Shown here: positions 36,886 to 50,113 of the stretch, one piece after another
How positions within the stretch are numbered: the stretch's first letter is position 1
How the letters are laid out: each line of letters opens with the position of its first letter
Assembly (NCBI RefSeq): GCF_011386835.1
Contig: NC_088801.1
Location: 24,490,001 to 24,554,000 of the forward strand
DNA length: 64,000 bases
Source: Chrysemys picta bellii
Taxonomy: Eukaryota
Direction of reading: 5' to 3'
The notes under the pieces: generated by a model
Told to the model about the DNA's origin: nothing
Databases searched by the model: none
The model's input: only the letters and a program-made list of their open reading frames with translations
Program-made: the position numbers and the translations under genes

Positions 36886-37455
36886 TCCATCAATTTGGTT
36901 CCCTGCAACATTAGCATACTTGTTTTTTAATGTAAAATCTAAGTTCAAATATTTTAAGTTACATCTTTAGTGCTCCATATCAAATAAAATTACTACACTG
37001 GTTGCTGAATTAAGTTTAGAAACATACTTTGTAGACTACAGTAAAAGGAAAAAATAAAAAATGAGTAGCTCTATATAATTTTGTTTAAAGTTCCCTTTGT
37101 AAAGTAGATATGTTGATGAGACATTTGGTGCTACACAAGTAATCTCAGATACCGCTACAACACAGAACAGTGTTTAACGTTCCAGAGCTTCAAATGATGG
37201 AAGAGAGCGGTTTTATACTAGATATGCTGACTGAGAAATAGTATCAAATGAGTTTTGAGAATTCCAACATAGACTATTTCAACTACATCTTGAAGAACTC
37301 ATTTCAAAAACTAGCACCCAAATGTAAACAACACTAAAGAAAGGAACAGATATTTCAGTTTGAAGATTGACACTATAACTAAATGTGCATAAATTTCACA
37401 TAGCACAGGACACTAAATATTAAAACTAGATAAGCTGTTCACTGTGAATCTATAT

Positions 37456-37766
37456 CAGGGGTAGGCAACCTATGGCATGCGTGCCAAAGGCGGCATGCAA
37501 GCTGATTTTCAGTGGCACTCACACTGCCCGGGTCCTGGCCACCGGTCCGGGGAGCTCTGCATTTTAATTTAATTTCAAATGAAGCTTCTTAAACATTTTA
37601 AAAACCTTATTTACTTTACATACAACAATAGTTTAGTTATATATTATAGACTTATAGAAAGAGACCTTCTAAAAACGTTAAAATGTATTACTGGCATGCA
37701 AAACCTTAAATTAGAGTGAATAAATGAAGACTCGGCACACCACTTCTGAAAGACTGCCGACCCCTG
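37456..37766. mobile_element. hAT MITE
   Basis: TIRs caggggtaggca / tgccgacccctg; flanks aatctatat / aattctatat resemble a TSD with one indel. Confidence 0.85.
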
Positions 37767-38300
37767 AATTCTATATCATAGATTCTCTGCCAAGTTTTGG
37801 CCCAGCTAGCCTGGTGGCATAGGAGAGTAAGAGGGCACAAGGCACTATGAGTAGTTGCATGGGATGGGAAGAAAGCTCTCCTTTCGATGGGCCGAAGAGG
37901 GTATAACTGGGCGGGGACTGGGCAGAGCTCCCAGTGTGCATCAGCCAGAATAGCCGTGCTGGGGAATATGCACTAGATCCAGCACTATTTACTAGTTACT
38001 TCCTTACTAAAGCAGCATAGGAACTGGTAGAGAGATGATTATTTGCTGAGTGTTCATGGGGCAGAATAACACCAGTGTCCCTGACTCTGGGCTCTTGGCG
38101 ACGTCACAACTGAGCCCTTAATTTTCCCGCCCACCCTCTCCCCAGTGCACGCACACACACACACATTCAAAATTTATGATGATTTGATGAATAATTTGTG
38201 CAAAACACATTTTCGGCCCTGGAAATATTCATAGGATCCAATGTGTGCACAATTCATCAACACAAATCAATTAGTTCCATTGGTTTTAGGTTCCAATTGC

Positions 38301-38381
38301 AGGTCCAGATTCTGCCCTTCGTTATTTATGTACAACCCCATTGATAACAATGGGTTTATAACCAAAGGCAGAATTTGACCC
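38301..38381. repeat. Short palindromic element
   Basis: ggtccagattctgcccttcgttat..acaaccccattgataacaatgggttt..ataaccaaaggcagaatttgaccc. Confidence 0.7.
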
Positions 38382-40149
38382 ACAGAATATTTATTACTGG
38401 AGATGACACACAAGCCAGAAAGACCCAAGCCTGACATTTTGAGAGAGAAATCCAATGAGTTAATAGCACCATATTCAGAAATAGGCAACCATGCAGAGTT
38501 ATGTTAAATTGTGGAAGGAGGAGGCCATATATTGATAGTGATGTTTATTAATGTATAGTGATATTCATATTTTAGGAGCATAGTTAAAACTTGTTAAATT
38601 GAGTGTTTTGTTCAAGGAGAAGACTAAAATGGAAGACATACTTCCACACTGGACAACTCGAGTGAGATATTCATTGTAGCTCCACTTTAGCAGACCTGCA
38701 GCACCACTCTGGGAACTAAGGCCCCAGTCCAGAAAAGCACGTAAGTACCTGCTTTAAGCACTTGAGTTGTCCCATTGATGTCATGACTGGATGACTGTTG
38801 TCATGAATGACTGGATCAGGGCCTAAGAGAGAATAGGTGAATAGGGAGGAGGGAAATAAAAGCTGACACAGGAGGGAAAAAGATTATGTCAAATGCAGGG
38901 GCTAGTGACAGAGTGTAAAAAGACTGGGTCATTTAATACATCTGGGGGACTTTTTTCCATGATTGAGTAAACTGCTGGATAGTCATAAAAGCTCACTCCA
39001 AAGGGGTTTCAGGGCAATCAAAGTTCAGAAGAGCAGTGGCCAAGGAAGTTGAAGCTCTCCAGAATTTACCGTAAGATACTATTTCAATGTTATTGACAAA
39101 AATTGTATGCAACTTCCTAGGTGAATGTTTCTGTGCCTATATATTCCATGCAGACCTTCCTTCCAGAAAGTAACACAGAAATAAGCTTACTTATCCCCAG
39201 ATACAGCCTCCATTTGTCACTTATTTTGAGCCAAAATACTTTTTGTAGAAAAAAAGTCACATACGATGTCTGTGTGTGGGTTTTCGTTTATTTGTGTGTG
39301 TGTGTGTGTATACAAAATTATGAGACGACTGGGAAAAACGCAGTATGTGTGTGTACACACACTGTATATTTTTTCTTAATTCTCATCACACGTTTAGTTC
39401 AATAGACTTATTAATCAACCATTAGAAATGAGTTAAGATGTTGAACAGTCATGGCCTTTGTTCTGTGTCAGTTTTGTTGGCTTAGTTGACATATAGCTAC
39501 AAGGCATGACGGATCAAAGTAATTAAAGTTCCAATCATTTACCTTTCTATGTTCAGTGTCAAGTCAGCTAGCCTTCACCCTGTGTTCATAGCATTTTAAT
39601 TTTTTTTTTACATATTATAGCTGTGCCATTTGCTCTGCTGTACTTAAGTTTGACAGAATTTCCATTATAAACTTTGTGTATGAAGGGTTTATATTCCCTC
39701 TGGATAGAAACCTTGTACAGAAAGTCTCAGCCTACAAACAGCTAATTTTTGTCCCGTAGATTTGTTTTAAAATAATTTAGAGGGTTTTGGTCCTTGGGTA
39801 CAGAAAAAGAGGTTATTTTACCCTGAGTTTTTTTTTTTTTTTTTAAGTTTTAGGGCACTTTTTTGTGCTCAACTAAACATAAATGTTAACTTTGTTTGTA
39901 CAGTGGAATATTGAACCTAATTAGTTCTAAACTTTGCTGTTGTGTCATACATATTATTTATAATCATTATGCATCTTATTCAGTCTATTGAATAACATAC
40001 TTGTATTCTGGTATGTAGAAGCAGATGGTTTCTGGATGTTTCAACAATGCCAGGAATGATTTGCATTTGGATCCAAACATGAATTTAAATTGTAAATAAA
40101 GTTTTTTCTTTGAGTGGTCTTAGGCTACCTCTTCCCCTCTCACATATCC

Positions 40150-40659
40150 TGTATGACAGAGTTACCAGGTGTTCACCAATCAACAAAGTTGAGGGCCAGG
40201 GATTTTCTGTTAGTTGTCTGGGTATACCATAAGAAGGACAGGAGACTTATTATGGGTTTTAATCAGGCCGCAACTTTATTATATAGATGTCTGGGACTAT
40301 CCAGCAGATAAAGTGTACAGTGCAGGCAAATCCATGCATATTCAAATAAATTCTCTGGGGCTTCCACCAGCCCCCGCCCCCCCTTTGTTTCTTTCCATCC
40401 AGGTCCCCCAGCCGACCCATGGCTTGGACCTTACCATCCACCAGCCTCATAAGACGATTAAGGAGGGCTATGAGAACAGTGGGGTTTGGCTCCCAGCCGT
40501 ACCAATCATAGGAGTCCCCAACCACCTCCCCCATTCTGTTCCATTATCCAGTACCTCCTTTTAAGTCCTTTACCAGGCCATTTATCTAGTCACTGGCTGC
40601 CCTCTTTATGGAGTACCTGCACTGAACATCCACCCAACCAACCAAAGTAAGTTGCGACA
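40150..40659 (-). mobile_element. Possible solo LTR
   Basis: TG...CA bounds (tgtatgac..gttgcgaca), a minus-strand AATAAA (actttatt near 40275) and higher GC. Flanks tatcc / tatgg match only partly. Confidence 0.35.
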
Positions 40660-41084
40660 TATGGTCTACCACCTTTTCTTCTCACCAGGAAAGGTCTTCC
40701 TTCACACCCGCTGTGGGGAAGGCGAAAAAAACACACTCCACCAAAGGCAATTGTGGTGGAGTGGGAAAAATTCCTTCTCAGCCCCCCTGGAAAAGGGGTG
40801 ACTAGCATAAAGCCCAAAGCAGGTCCAGCCCAGCCTGCCATTTGCATCCACTAGGGGAAGGAGGGAGGGTGGGTGCTGGCTTCCTTACCGCGTGGAGCAA
40901 AGAGACTTGCCCCACCCAGGTTTTGTACCTTTATGCACATTCCTAGGGGGGTGGGGGTGAGTCACTGCTGCAAAGCTGAACTCCGAGCACCTTTTTACAG
41001 CAGTTTTTGATCTCCTTCCTCCCCCGCCCCTGCCCCCAAGGCAGAGCTACCCTTCTTTGGGTAAGCCCCCCAAAAAATCTGCTC

Positions 41085-41186
41085 CACTTTAGTTGTGGTG
41101 CAGTCATTCTCTGATTGTACACAGCCTAGCACACTGGGGTCCCAGTCCGCGACTAGGGCTTCTAAGCACTACTGCAATAAATAATG
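41085..41186 (+). mobile_element. L2/MIR-type 3' tail fragment
   Basis: tgtacacagcctagcacactggggtcccagtcc..ctaagcactactgcaataaataat. Confidence 0.55.
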
Positions 41187-41189
41187 TTG

Positions 41190-41228
41190 TGTGTGTGTAT
41201 GTATATATATATATATATATATATATAA
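41190..41228. repeat. (TG)n(TA)n microsatellite
   Basis: gtgtgtgtatgtatatatatatatatatatatat. Confidence 0.85.
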
Positions 41229-44200
41229 TTACACGCAAAAACTATGTTAAAAGGAGATCAAAGTTGCAAAGTCAAGCACTCAAAAGCACTAGAATTAAGG
41301 TTGACTATGCAGTCTTAATTCAGCTCCCTTGTGTTTTATGATACAGTCTTTAATTATATGATCACGTATGATTTTTCCATAGGATCACTACCTCAATCAG
41401 TGTGCAGAATGGATGGCACTCACTGAATGAGCAGCTAGTTAATATTTTGTTTTAGCCTCATTGTTCAATGTTTCCCCCTATGCCTTATTTACTGCATGCC
41501 CTATTCTAACCTTGCTCTGAACACAGAGTGATTTATTTCTACAGGGGCTTTCAATGTTACTCATCACTATAGTATCAGAGTGCTTCACATTTATTTTTAC
41601 AACACCCCCTTGATGTTTGGTGGTATTATTATACCCATTTTATAGATGGGGAACTGACTCAGAGAGAGACTAAAGTCAAATTGTCCATTAATTTTGGATG
41701 CCCAATTTGAAACATGAAGACCAACTAGGAGAGCTACCAGCTCCACTTATAATTCATGGTAGGCCTTGAACTGACAGCTGACCTACTTTCCCAGTATCTG
41801 TCTTGCATTCATCCAGTCCTTCCTATCCATAGAAATTTCTGGCCATATCTCACTTTGCCACAACACTATGCATAAGAGAGGAACCTGAGACCGAGGAAAC
41901 TCCACGAGGTAACATTTGCAATTTCTAATAAGTATTCTCTTCAGGTTGAGAAGTCTTTGTGGTAACTGTGGCAGAGGCAGGCAGCATTGTCTTATAACTC
42001 CACATATCTCAAGAAGCCACAAGCCAGGAAAGCTTCTACCCTATGAAGGGTCTGCCCTCTCATGCTGCCTTGTTATTTCCTCCCCCCTCACCTGTGGTCA
42101 CATGATTCCCTAGGGAACCATGCTGCCATTAATCAATTATTTTAGCACCTGAGCCTCACACCCTTACCCATCTGTAGGGAGACTACAGCATGGAGCAGGA
42201 GCAAAATACTAGCTCTAGCAGCATTCACGTTGTAACAGGGGAGAATACCATGCAGCGTAACTGCTCTCTGCCATAACAAGGTGCACCTCTTCCACCCTAC
42301 CCCGAGGCATGTAACCTTGATAACACAATTATCCGGCAATAGTGTCGGCCCAGGATGAAGGAACATATGATTCAGAGTTGCTGCTCTCCATTACTCCTAT
42401 TCTTCCTTACAATTGCACCTGATTCGCCCTTTTGCTCTCCTCTACCAGCATCGGTAAAGAGGACCATCTGGTCTATTGATATTAGCAAAGGAAAAGATTT
42501 ACTAGGTAATCTTGTTCGTTCTCTACCAGTGTAGGCTTGTTTCCTACAGTACATTTCTAATCCTTTGTCAAATTAAGTTTCACATATCATAAATAATGGG
42601 GTTTCTACTACTTCCCACTGTAAAAATGCCTGTAAATTTAGAATGACTGAGTGCCACAAAACAGTATTTCTGAACATTTGTGACCATGTTGTTGCATATT
42701 GTTGTTTGTTATTCATGCAAATTGCTTTTTGCTCACATGCTACAACTCATACAGAAGTTATGGGTTTGATGCAGAAATTATTGGATGAGGTGATCTGCCT
42801 GTGTTATGTAGAAGATCAGAGTAGATTATGACAATGGTCCCTTCTGGCCTTACAATCTATTAATGGATTGGGAATTGTCTGTTCTTTGTATCCGAACAAG
42901 CATATTCCCCACTGGTTATTCATTAATACTTGTTTAACAGGTTTCAGCCATCCAATCTGGGAGCCTAACTATTAAAAGGTAACTTAGACAATCACCCACA
43001 TACTACAAATCATGACAAAGAACAGGTAGCTCAAGTGAGAACAATTCACAAGCCACCCGTAGGCTGAAATTTTGTTCACAAACTATGCAGCAAATAATTA
43101 GGAATAGTGAATCATTTGGAAAAATCATTCATGAACAGAAAAAGGGGCTAAATTCACAATGAATATAATTCACAATGAATAATTCCACCAGCTCTGGTAT
43201 AGATAAAAAGCAGGTGATAATGAATTATTATTCTATTATTTATTTATGAGATGCCAACAATGTACCGTTTGCTTCAAAAGAAACAGATAAAAGACACTCC
43301 CATTCCGGAAGAGCATACAATGAACAAGAAAATTACACAATCATATTACTTTACAGGAGCCATTGTAGGGCCCAATCTTGCTTCAAATGAAGAGAATGTG
43401 AGTTCTAAAGTTCGCTTCAAAGGAAGCAGCGTCAGGCTCAAATTCCTCTGTCATTTCTCCCCTCAGAATTACCCTTTTTGTACCTTTCTGCCTCCCTTGT
43501 CTCTTTAAAGTTCCAGAGCATGAAACATCATTTTGATGCTGCATCACATCCAGTTAGGATACACTGGCATGTAGTGTTATGTTTAAAGAAACATGCAAAT
43601 TTGATCAGGAATGACACATCATCCGAATGATGCATTTACTCTGCTCTGAGAAACTCAGGCAGACACATCCTATAAAAGAGAGACTCATACAGCCACATTT
43701 TTTTACACTGCTTAATCTCACCGTACATTAAAGAAAATGAATTTTTAATACATTCTCGTTCAGTAAAGATTAAAAGGTTTGGTTTTCGTGACGTGTGAAT
43801 AATTAACAACCTACACATTGCAGCTGGCATACTTGAGCTTCCTGTTCAGTTTTGCTGGTGCCCATTTTACCAAAGATGATAAGACTAACCTCTTTCCACA
43901 GAGCCACAGCAAATGTATTATGGTTGCCAACCAGTTGCCTTAATCAGAGTCTTTGCAATTCCAAGAGGGGGAAAAAAAAAAAAAGATAGTGCTACATACC
44001 ACCAGTTAAGAAAGGTTTCCTTTTACAGTCACTACAATACTATAGTGTCCTTTCCCCATCACTGCAATACAGGCTAATAGTATAGATAGTCAAAAACCCT
44101 CTAAAAACAGAAAATAAAATATTATGTTTTCTCACCTGTGTTCCGGCCAACTCTCACTAATAATATTTATTGATTATGACAGATTGTTTTAGCATGCTTC

Positions 44201-44474
44201 TGCTATGGAAATCGCTACTGCTGTACCCAATCAACAGTAACCACAAAGGTATATTATTTCATATAACTTAGGATGAAACGCTTCTTCTTTTCTTCTCCCC
44301 CATCGACTGCCTGTACAAGGCCCTAGGCACAACATTAAGAACCTAATGTTATGAGATACTGATCACTTTCAGCTCTCATTGTCTGTATTTGGAGTTGAGG
44401 GTCTCTGGAGTCCCTCTCGGAGTGCTCTCACCAGCTTACATTAAGGATCCTTTGCACTGGTATGAATTTTGGTG

Positions 44475-44645
44475 CTTTGCTAACAATCTTGAATTAGGCT
44501 TCCCAATCCCCCAGTAAGAGAGGTAGGTATTGTTATCCTTATTTCAAAGATGGGAAAACAGGCACAGAGAAGTTAAGTGACTTAGCAAGGTTCACACCTC
44601 AAGTTACTGGTGGATAGAATCCGGATCACCTGAGGGCTGGAACAT
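44475..44645 (-). mobile_element. MIR-like CORE SINE
   Basis: gttatccttatttcaaagatgggaaaacaggcacagagaagttaagtgacttagcaaggttcacac. Confidence 0.7.
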
Positions 44646-46380
44646 GCTACTTCCTCTTTATGCTTCCTTTGAATCACTGTGTAGCACTGGTACAGGACAT
44701 CTGAAATCAAGGCAATATTCAGATATGCTTTCCCAGAAGAAAATAAAGCTTTAAAGGCTCACTCCAGTATGAGTGCTGAGATTTTGCAGCTCTCACAGGA
44801 CATTGCAAAATCCTGCAATCAGACCTGTACAGCTAGAACTCTTTCATGGTGATGGCAATGTATAGAAGCAGAGTATTATCAAAGAACAGACTCACACAAT
44901 ATGTTTCTATGGACATCAGAAATTAATCTTTGAAATGGTCCCTGATGGGATTCTTATTGGCCCTAACTGCATTCTGAAAGTGTTCCAATTCACTCCTTGC
45001 ATCTGGTGTATATTTATTGGAGGAAGAATAAGGTCTCATTTAAATTCTGCACACGAATTTGACCTTTGCCCTTTTTGGATGTTACCTCATGGCTGTATCT
45101 GAAATTGGGTACTAAAATGAAAACTGCACTAAAGAACTGCTAGATAATTTTGTACAACTATACAATTTACACATTGAAAAGGCAGAAATATCTAATTCCT
45201 GAAGCCACACACGGGATCTCAGTGATCCTAGAGAGGAGGATTTTTTGTTTTTAAAAGCCAAGATTTTGTGAAATATAGCCAGCTTTGTAGAACTGCCATA
45301 CAGTGATTCAAATAACATATTAAACAAGCTGGCTTCTGATCCTGCATCAGAATCTGCTATAATGGATCTCCTGTGCCTGTGTGGAGTCCCACTGAAATCA
45401 AAAGGACATTACACAAGTGAAGGAATAGACACTATCAAATCCTGAAGTGAGATCAGGATCTTTGTGTTTTTGACCCAGGAAAAGAATTCCACAACATTTA
45501 GCATAATTTTCTTAACACCATAACGATCAAGGGTATAAATCCACATATATATGAAGAAATAGAACAGATTTACATAGTTAGCATGTGAAAATAATGTATA
45601 ATACTCAAAATTTGTGATATTACTATCTTCATATTTTCATATTTATTATTTTACTTGCTGAACCATTCTGGGATCTAAAGCCTCAATGAGATTGGGGCTC
45701 CATTGCATTAGATGCTGATCAACTGCAAAGAAAGCATAGCACCTACTACAAACAACTCAATACAGTACTCAGCCTTGCAATGAATTCCACCTTGATAGAC
45801 ACCTGCACCAACACAAAGCCTCAATGAAATCAATGAGGCTCTGCCCACCATGCTGACCTCACTATACCATTGGGGCTGCAGAAAAAAACATATGGGGAGT
45901 ACAGATACAGGCAACATATGTACATATCTCATATACATCATACATTTTATTCATTTTTTAAAATAAATAAATGCACAGCAATTATGTATCCTGTGTTTGC
46001 TGCCCTCTTTTATATTTTTATTACTGACTAATTTTAGCTTTAAAAAGGGAATCTAAAAAATAAATTTATACTCAGCATAAACCAATCCCAATGTATACTT
46101 GTGATGAACGGAACTGAGAATGGTATCTATATGGCTTGTATAGAGAACTTATATAAATTAATTGTTGAACAGCCTGCTTTTTTTTCTATGGGCCTGACCC
46201 CTGGGAGATGCTGTGTATAAAATATATGTAACCCTCTGCCACATACCAATGTCAGCAACAAGAACTGGGTTCAAGTTATCTAGGAATCCCTTTCTAAGAT
46301 AAATACAATGATGGCTGAAGTCCCTACTCAGAGCTGAACTCCTACTTCTGGCTCTGAGAAATTAAAATATAACCTATTTT

Positions 46381-46422
46381 CACACACAAACACACACACA
46401 CACACTCTCTGTCTCTCTCTCT
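46381..46422. repeat. (CA)n(CT)n microsatellite
   Basis: cacacacaaacacacacacacacactctctgtctctctctct. Confidence 0.85.
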
Positions 46423-46866
46423 AAAATTAGGAAAACCCAAATCCATATATAGGGATTAGAGCCAAGCCCACAGTTCCAGATATTAATTGTTCAGATTGGC
46501 GAGGTCCAGAACTCTCAGAACACAACAATCCCCAGCCACCTAAAACCCACTCAGGAGTCCAGTTAGATTCAGTGGTAGTCACAGGGCATCAGCGGGCTCC
46601 TCTCCTCCACCTGTCTGCTGCACTCCAGGGAGGGCACATCACTTGCGCAATTCCTATGCCCTTTCAGGGACACAGCAACAGCAATAATTGATTATCATTT
46701 ATACACTCAGAACACAGGCAAATTCCAACTAAAGCAAAATATAGAATGTGGACCTATGGTTAAGCAAGATTATAATTCATGTAAATCATATTGCCAGAGC
46801 TGCCTTTTCCCCTGAAGAGGGAATAGAGTTCCATTCCTCTATACATGCTAGCTCTGGGGGATATAT

Positions 46867-48197
46867 AATAGAACTGGAAGGGACCTCGAGAGGTCATCTA
46901 GTCCAGTCCCCTGCACTCATGGCAGGACTAATTATCTAGACCATTCCTTACAGGTGTTTGTCTAACCTACTCTTAACAATTTCCAATGATGGAGATTCCA
47001 CAACCTCCCTAAGCAATTTATTCCAGTGCTTAAACACCCTGACAGTTAGGGAGTTTTTCCTAATGTCCAACCTAAACCTCCCTTGCTGCAATTTTAGCCC
47101 ATTGCTTCTTGTCCTATCCTCAGAGTTTAAGAAAAACAATTTTTGTTCCTTCTCCTTGTAACAACCTTTTACATACTTGAAAACTGTTATCATGTCCGCT
47201 CTGTCTTCTCTTTTCCAGACTAAACAAACCCAATTTTTTCAATTTTTCCCCATAGGTATGTTTTCTAGACCTTTAGTCATTTTTATTGCTCTTCTCTGGA
47301 TTCTCTCCAATTTGTCCACAGCCTTCCTGAAATGTGGCACCCAGAACTGGACACAATGCTCCAGTTGAGGCCTAATCAGTGCAGAGTAGAGCGGAAGAAT
47401 TACTTCTTGTGTCTTGCTTACAACACTCCTGGTAATACATCCCAGAATGATGTTTGGTTTTTTTGCAACAGAATCACACTGCTGACTCATATTTAGCTTG
47501 TGGTCCGCTATGACCCCCAGATCCCTTTCTGCAGTACTCCTTCCTAGGCAGTCATTTCCCATTTTGTATGTGTGCAACTGATTGTTCCTTCCTAAATGGA
47601 GTATTTTGCATTTGTCCTTATTGAATTTCATCCTGTTTACTTCAGACCATTTCTCCAGTTTGTCCACATCATTTTGAATTTTAATCCTATCCCCCAAAAC
47701 ACTCGCAACCCCGCCCAGCTTGGTATTGTCCACAAACTTTATAAAAGTGTACTCTGTATGCCATTAGCTAAATAATTGATGAAGATATTGAATAGAACCA
47801 GACTCAGAACTGATCCCTGAGGGACCCCACTTGTTATGTCCTTCCAGCATGATTCTGAACCACTGATAACTACTCTCTGGGAATGGTTTTCTAATCAGTT
47901 TTGCACTCATCTTATAGTAGCTCCATCTAGGTTGCATTTCCCTAGTTTATTTACGAGAAGATCATGCATAAAGGTATCAAAAGCTTTACTAAAATCAAAA
48001 TATGCCATGTCTACCGCTTCCCCCCTATCCACAAGGCTTGTTACCCTGTCAAAGAAAGTTATCAGGTTGGTTTGACACAATTTGTTTTTGACAAATCCAT
48101 GCTGACTGTTACATATCACCTTATTATCTTCTAGATGTTTGCAAATTGATTGCTTAATTATTTGCTACATTGTCTTTCTGGGTACAGAAGTTAATAT
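46867..48197 (-). mobile_element. CR1 LINE, 5'-truncated within RT (~1.33 kb)
   Basis: Minus-strand ORFs 47907 (QHGFVKNKLCQTNL..DFSKAFD), 47239 (DNTKLGG..PQLEHCVQFW) and 46948, plus an intact tail. Confidence 0.95.
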
Positions 48198-49475
48198 ATA
48201 CACAAGCTACCAGATTTGAACGATCAGATGTCTATTCCAGGTCGACCACAAGAGGAGAATATGTAAATGGAACAGCTATTTAAAATAGATTCTGAAATAG
48301 ACAATACTTACTATACTACCATGTTTTTAGTAGGCTATATATAAAGTCTCCCACCTAGAGCATGTCAGCAGCTATTTAAAGCATGGAAACGTTTAACAGA
48401 AAGGTGGAAATGTTTTACAGAAAGGTGTACAGTAAGTTATCAACATGCAAGCCATCTGGAACTATGATGGGTAGCTGTAGATCACCCAATCTACATTCAC
48501 CTGCAGGGGAGGAAACATCTGTTTATATTTCTGAAGTGATGACAAGTTTGCATTGCAGCAGGTAAAGTCAGGATATTCAGTGCAATTTAAAATAGAGGCG
48601 TATTATTGAACCTACAACATTTCACACTTTTATTTATTTCAGTTGATAAGACTCTGCCTTTCTGAGTTATAGTTGGTATGTAGAATATTACACAAAATTT
48701 CAGTGTTCATACCTAGACCCCAAGTCAGCATCTAGGCATATATGGGTTCTACCTCGAATCACTTTTACCACTTTCACTGAGTTCACCAGTTTGAGGAATA
48801 TTTCCCATACATACAAACCCTGAGGCAGCAAAGCACTCAAGGACCTGAGTAACTTAATGCATGTGAGTAGTCCCATTGAAGTCAGTGGAACCACTGATGT
48901 GCTTAATTATCTTTTTGGATTAAGGCCTTTAAGGAATTATTAACAGAATCCCTAAATTACTAGTAGAACCTCCCAAAACTTTCCAACTGATTTAAAATTT
49001 TAAAGTGTAACCATTGTACACACAATTTCTATTTAAGGTAATGTCAATAATGAAACCTTTTTTTGATCTCCAAAATCTTTGTATCCAGTGGTTACAACTA
49101 TGCTTTCCAGGTTTCCTTTTCCTTAGACCTGTCATTCTGAGTTCACATAAACATACATCTATTACGTGATTTACTGGCCAATTCTGTTAGCTAATTCAAT
49201 TTACCCAGTTTCTGGTGCCTAATCTCCAGTTTGATTACATCCTCCACTTTCTATAGTCTAAATAAATCATAACCTGCATGTTTAAAAATTAGTACACTCT
49301 TTAAATTGTTAATATGTAAGAATTTCATTCAGTACTTACTCCACAGGTATACCTCAATCTTAGATCTCTGAACTAATTGCCTTATGTTGAACCCCATCAA
49401 AGAACAAATGCTGCTCATACTTTTTATAATTCAGATGGTGACTACTTCTTCATATAGGGCCTGACTCCATGCACC

Positions 49476-50113
49476 CATAACATAAGACCATAAGAACGGC
49501 CGTACTGGGTCAGACCAAAGGTCCATCTAGCCCAGTATCCTGTCTACTGACAGTGGCCAGTGCCAGGTGCCCCAGAGGGAGTGAACCTAACAGGTACTGA
49601 TCAAGTGATCTCTCTCCTGCCATCCATCTCCACCCTCTGACAAACAGAGGCTAGAGACACCATTCCTTACCCATCCTGGCTAATAGCCATTAATGGATTT
49701 AACCTCCATGAATTTATCTAGTTATCTTTTAAACCCTGTTATAGTCCTAGCCTTCACAACCTCTTCAGGCAAGGAGTTCCACAGATTGACTGTGCGCTGT
49801 TTGAAGAAGAACTTCCTTTTATTTGTTTTAAACCTGCTGTCCATTTAATTTCATTTGGTGCCCCCTAGTTCTTGTATTATGGGGAATAAGGAAATAACTT
49901 TTCCTTATCTACTTTCTCCATATCAGTCATGATTTTATATACCTCTATCATATCCCTCCTTAGTCTCCTCTTTTTTAAGCAGAAAAGTCCTAGCCTCTTT
50001 AATCTCCCCTCATTTGGGACCCATTCCAAACTCCTAATCATTTTAGTTGCCCTTTTTCTGAACCTTTTCTAGAGCCAGTATGTCTTTTTTGAGATGAGGA
50101 GACTACATCTGTA
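49476..50113 (-). mobile_element. CR1 3' fragment nested in a short palindromic element
   Basis: Tail cataacataagaccataagaacggccgtactggg. Same subfamily as the 23770 copy. Flanked by the split hairpin arms gggcctgactccatgcac / caatggcaaagcctccattaacttcaagggtgc. Confidence 0.94.

Noticed and set aside
40259-40564. ORFs of 91-116 aa on both strands
   Set aside because: Lie inside a probable LTR and have low-complexity, non-domain sequence.
43357-43397. Possible 41-nt exon (GAIVGPNLASNEEN) with gtgagt donor
   Set aside because: Weak acceptor, adjacent to a SINE tail, and gggcccaatcttgc resembles hairpin-element termini.
44193-44248. Possible 56-nt exon (CFCYGNRYCC.. or MLLLWKSLLL..)
   Set aside because: Weak donor (gtatat), no recognised homology and no link to other candidates.
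46440-46790. Possible LTR-like fragment
   Set aside because: No termini, TSD or diagnostic motif found.
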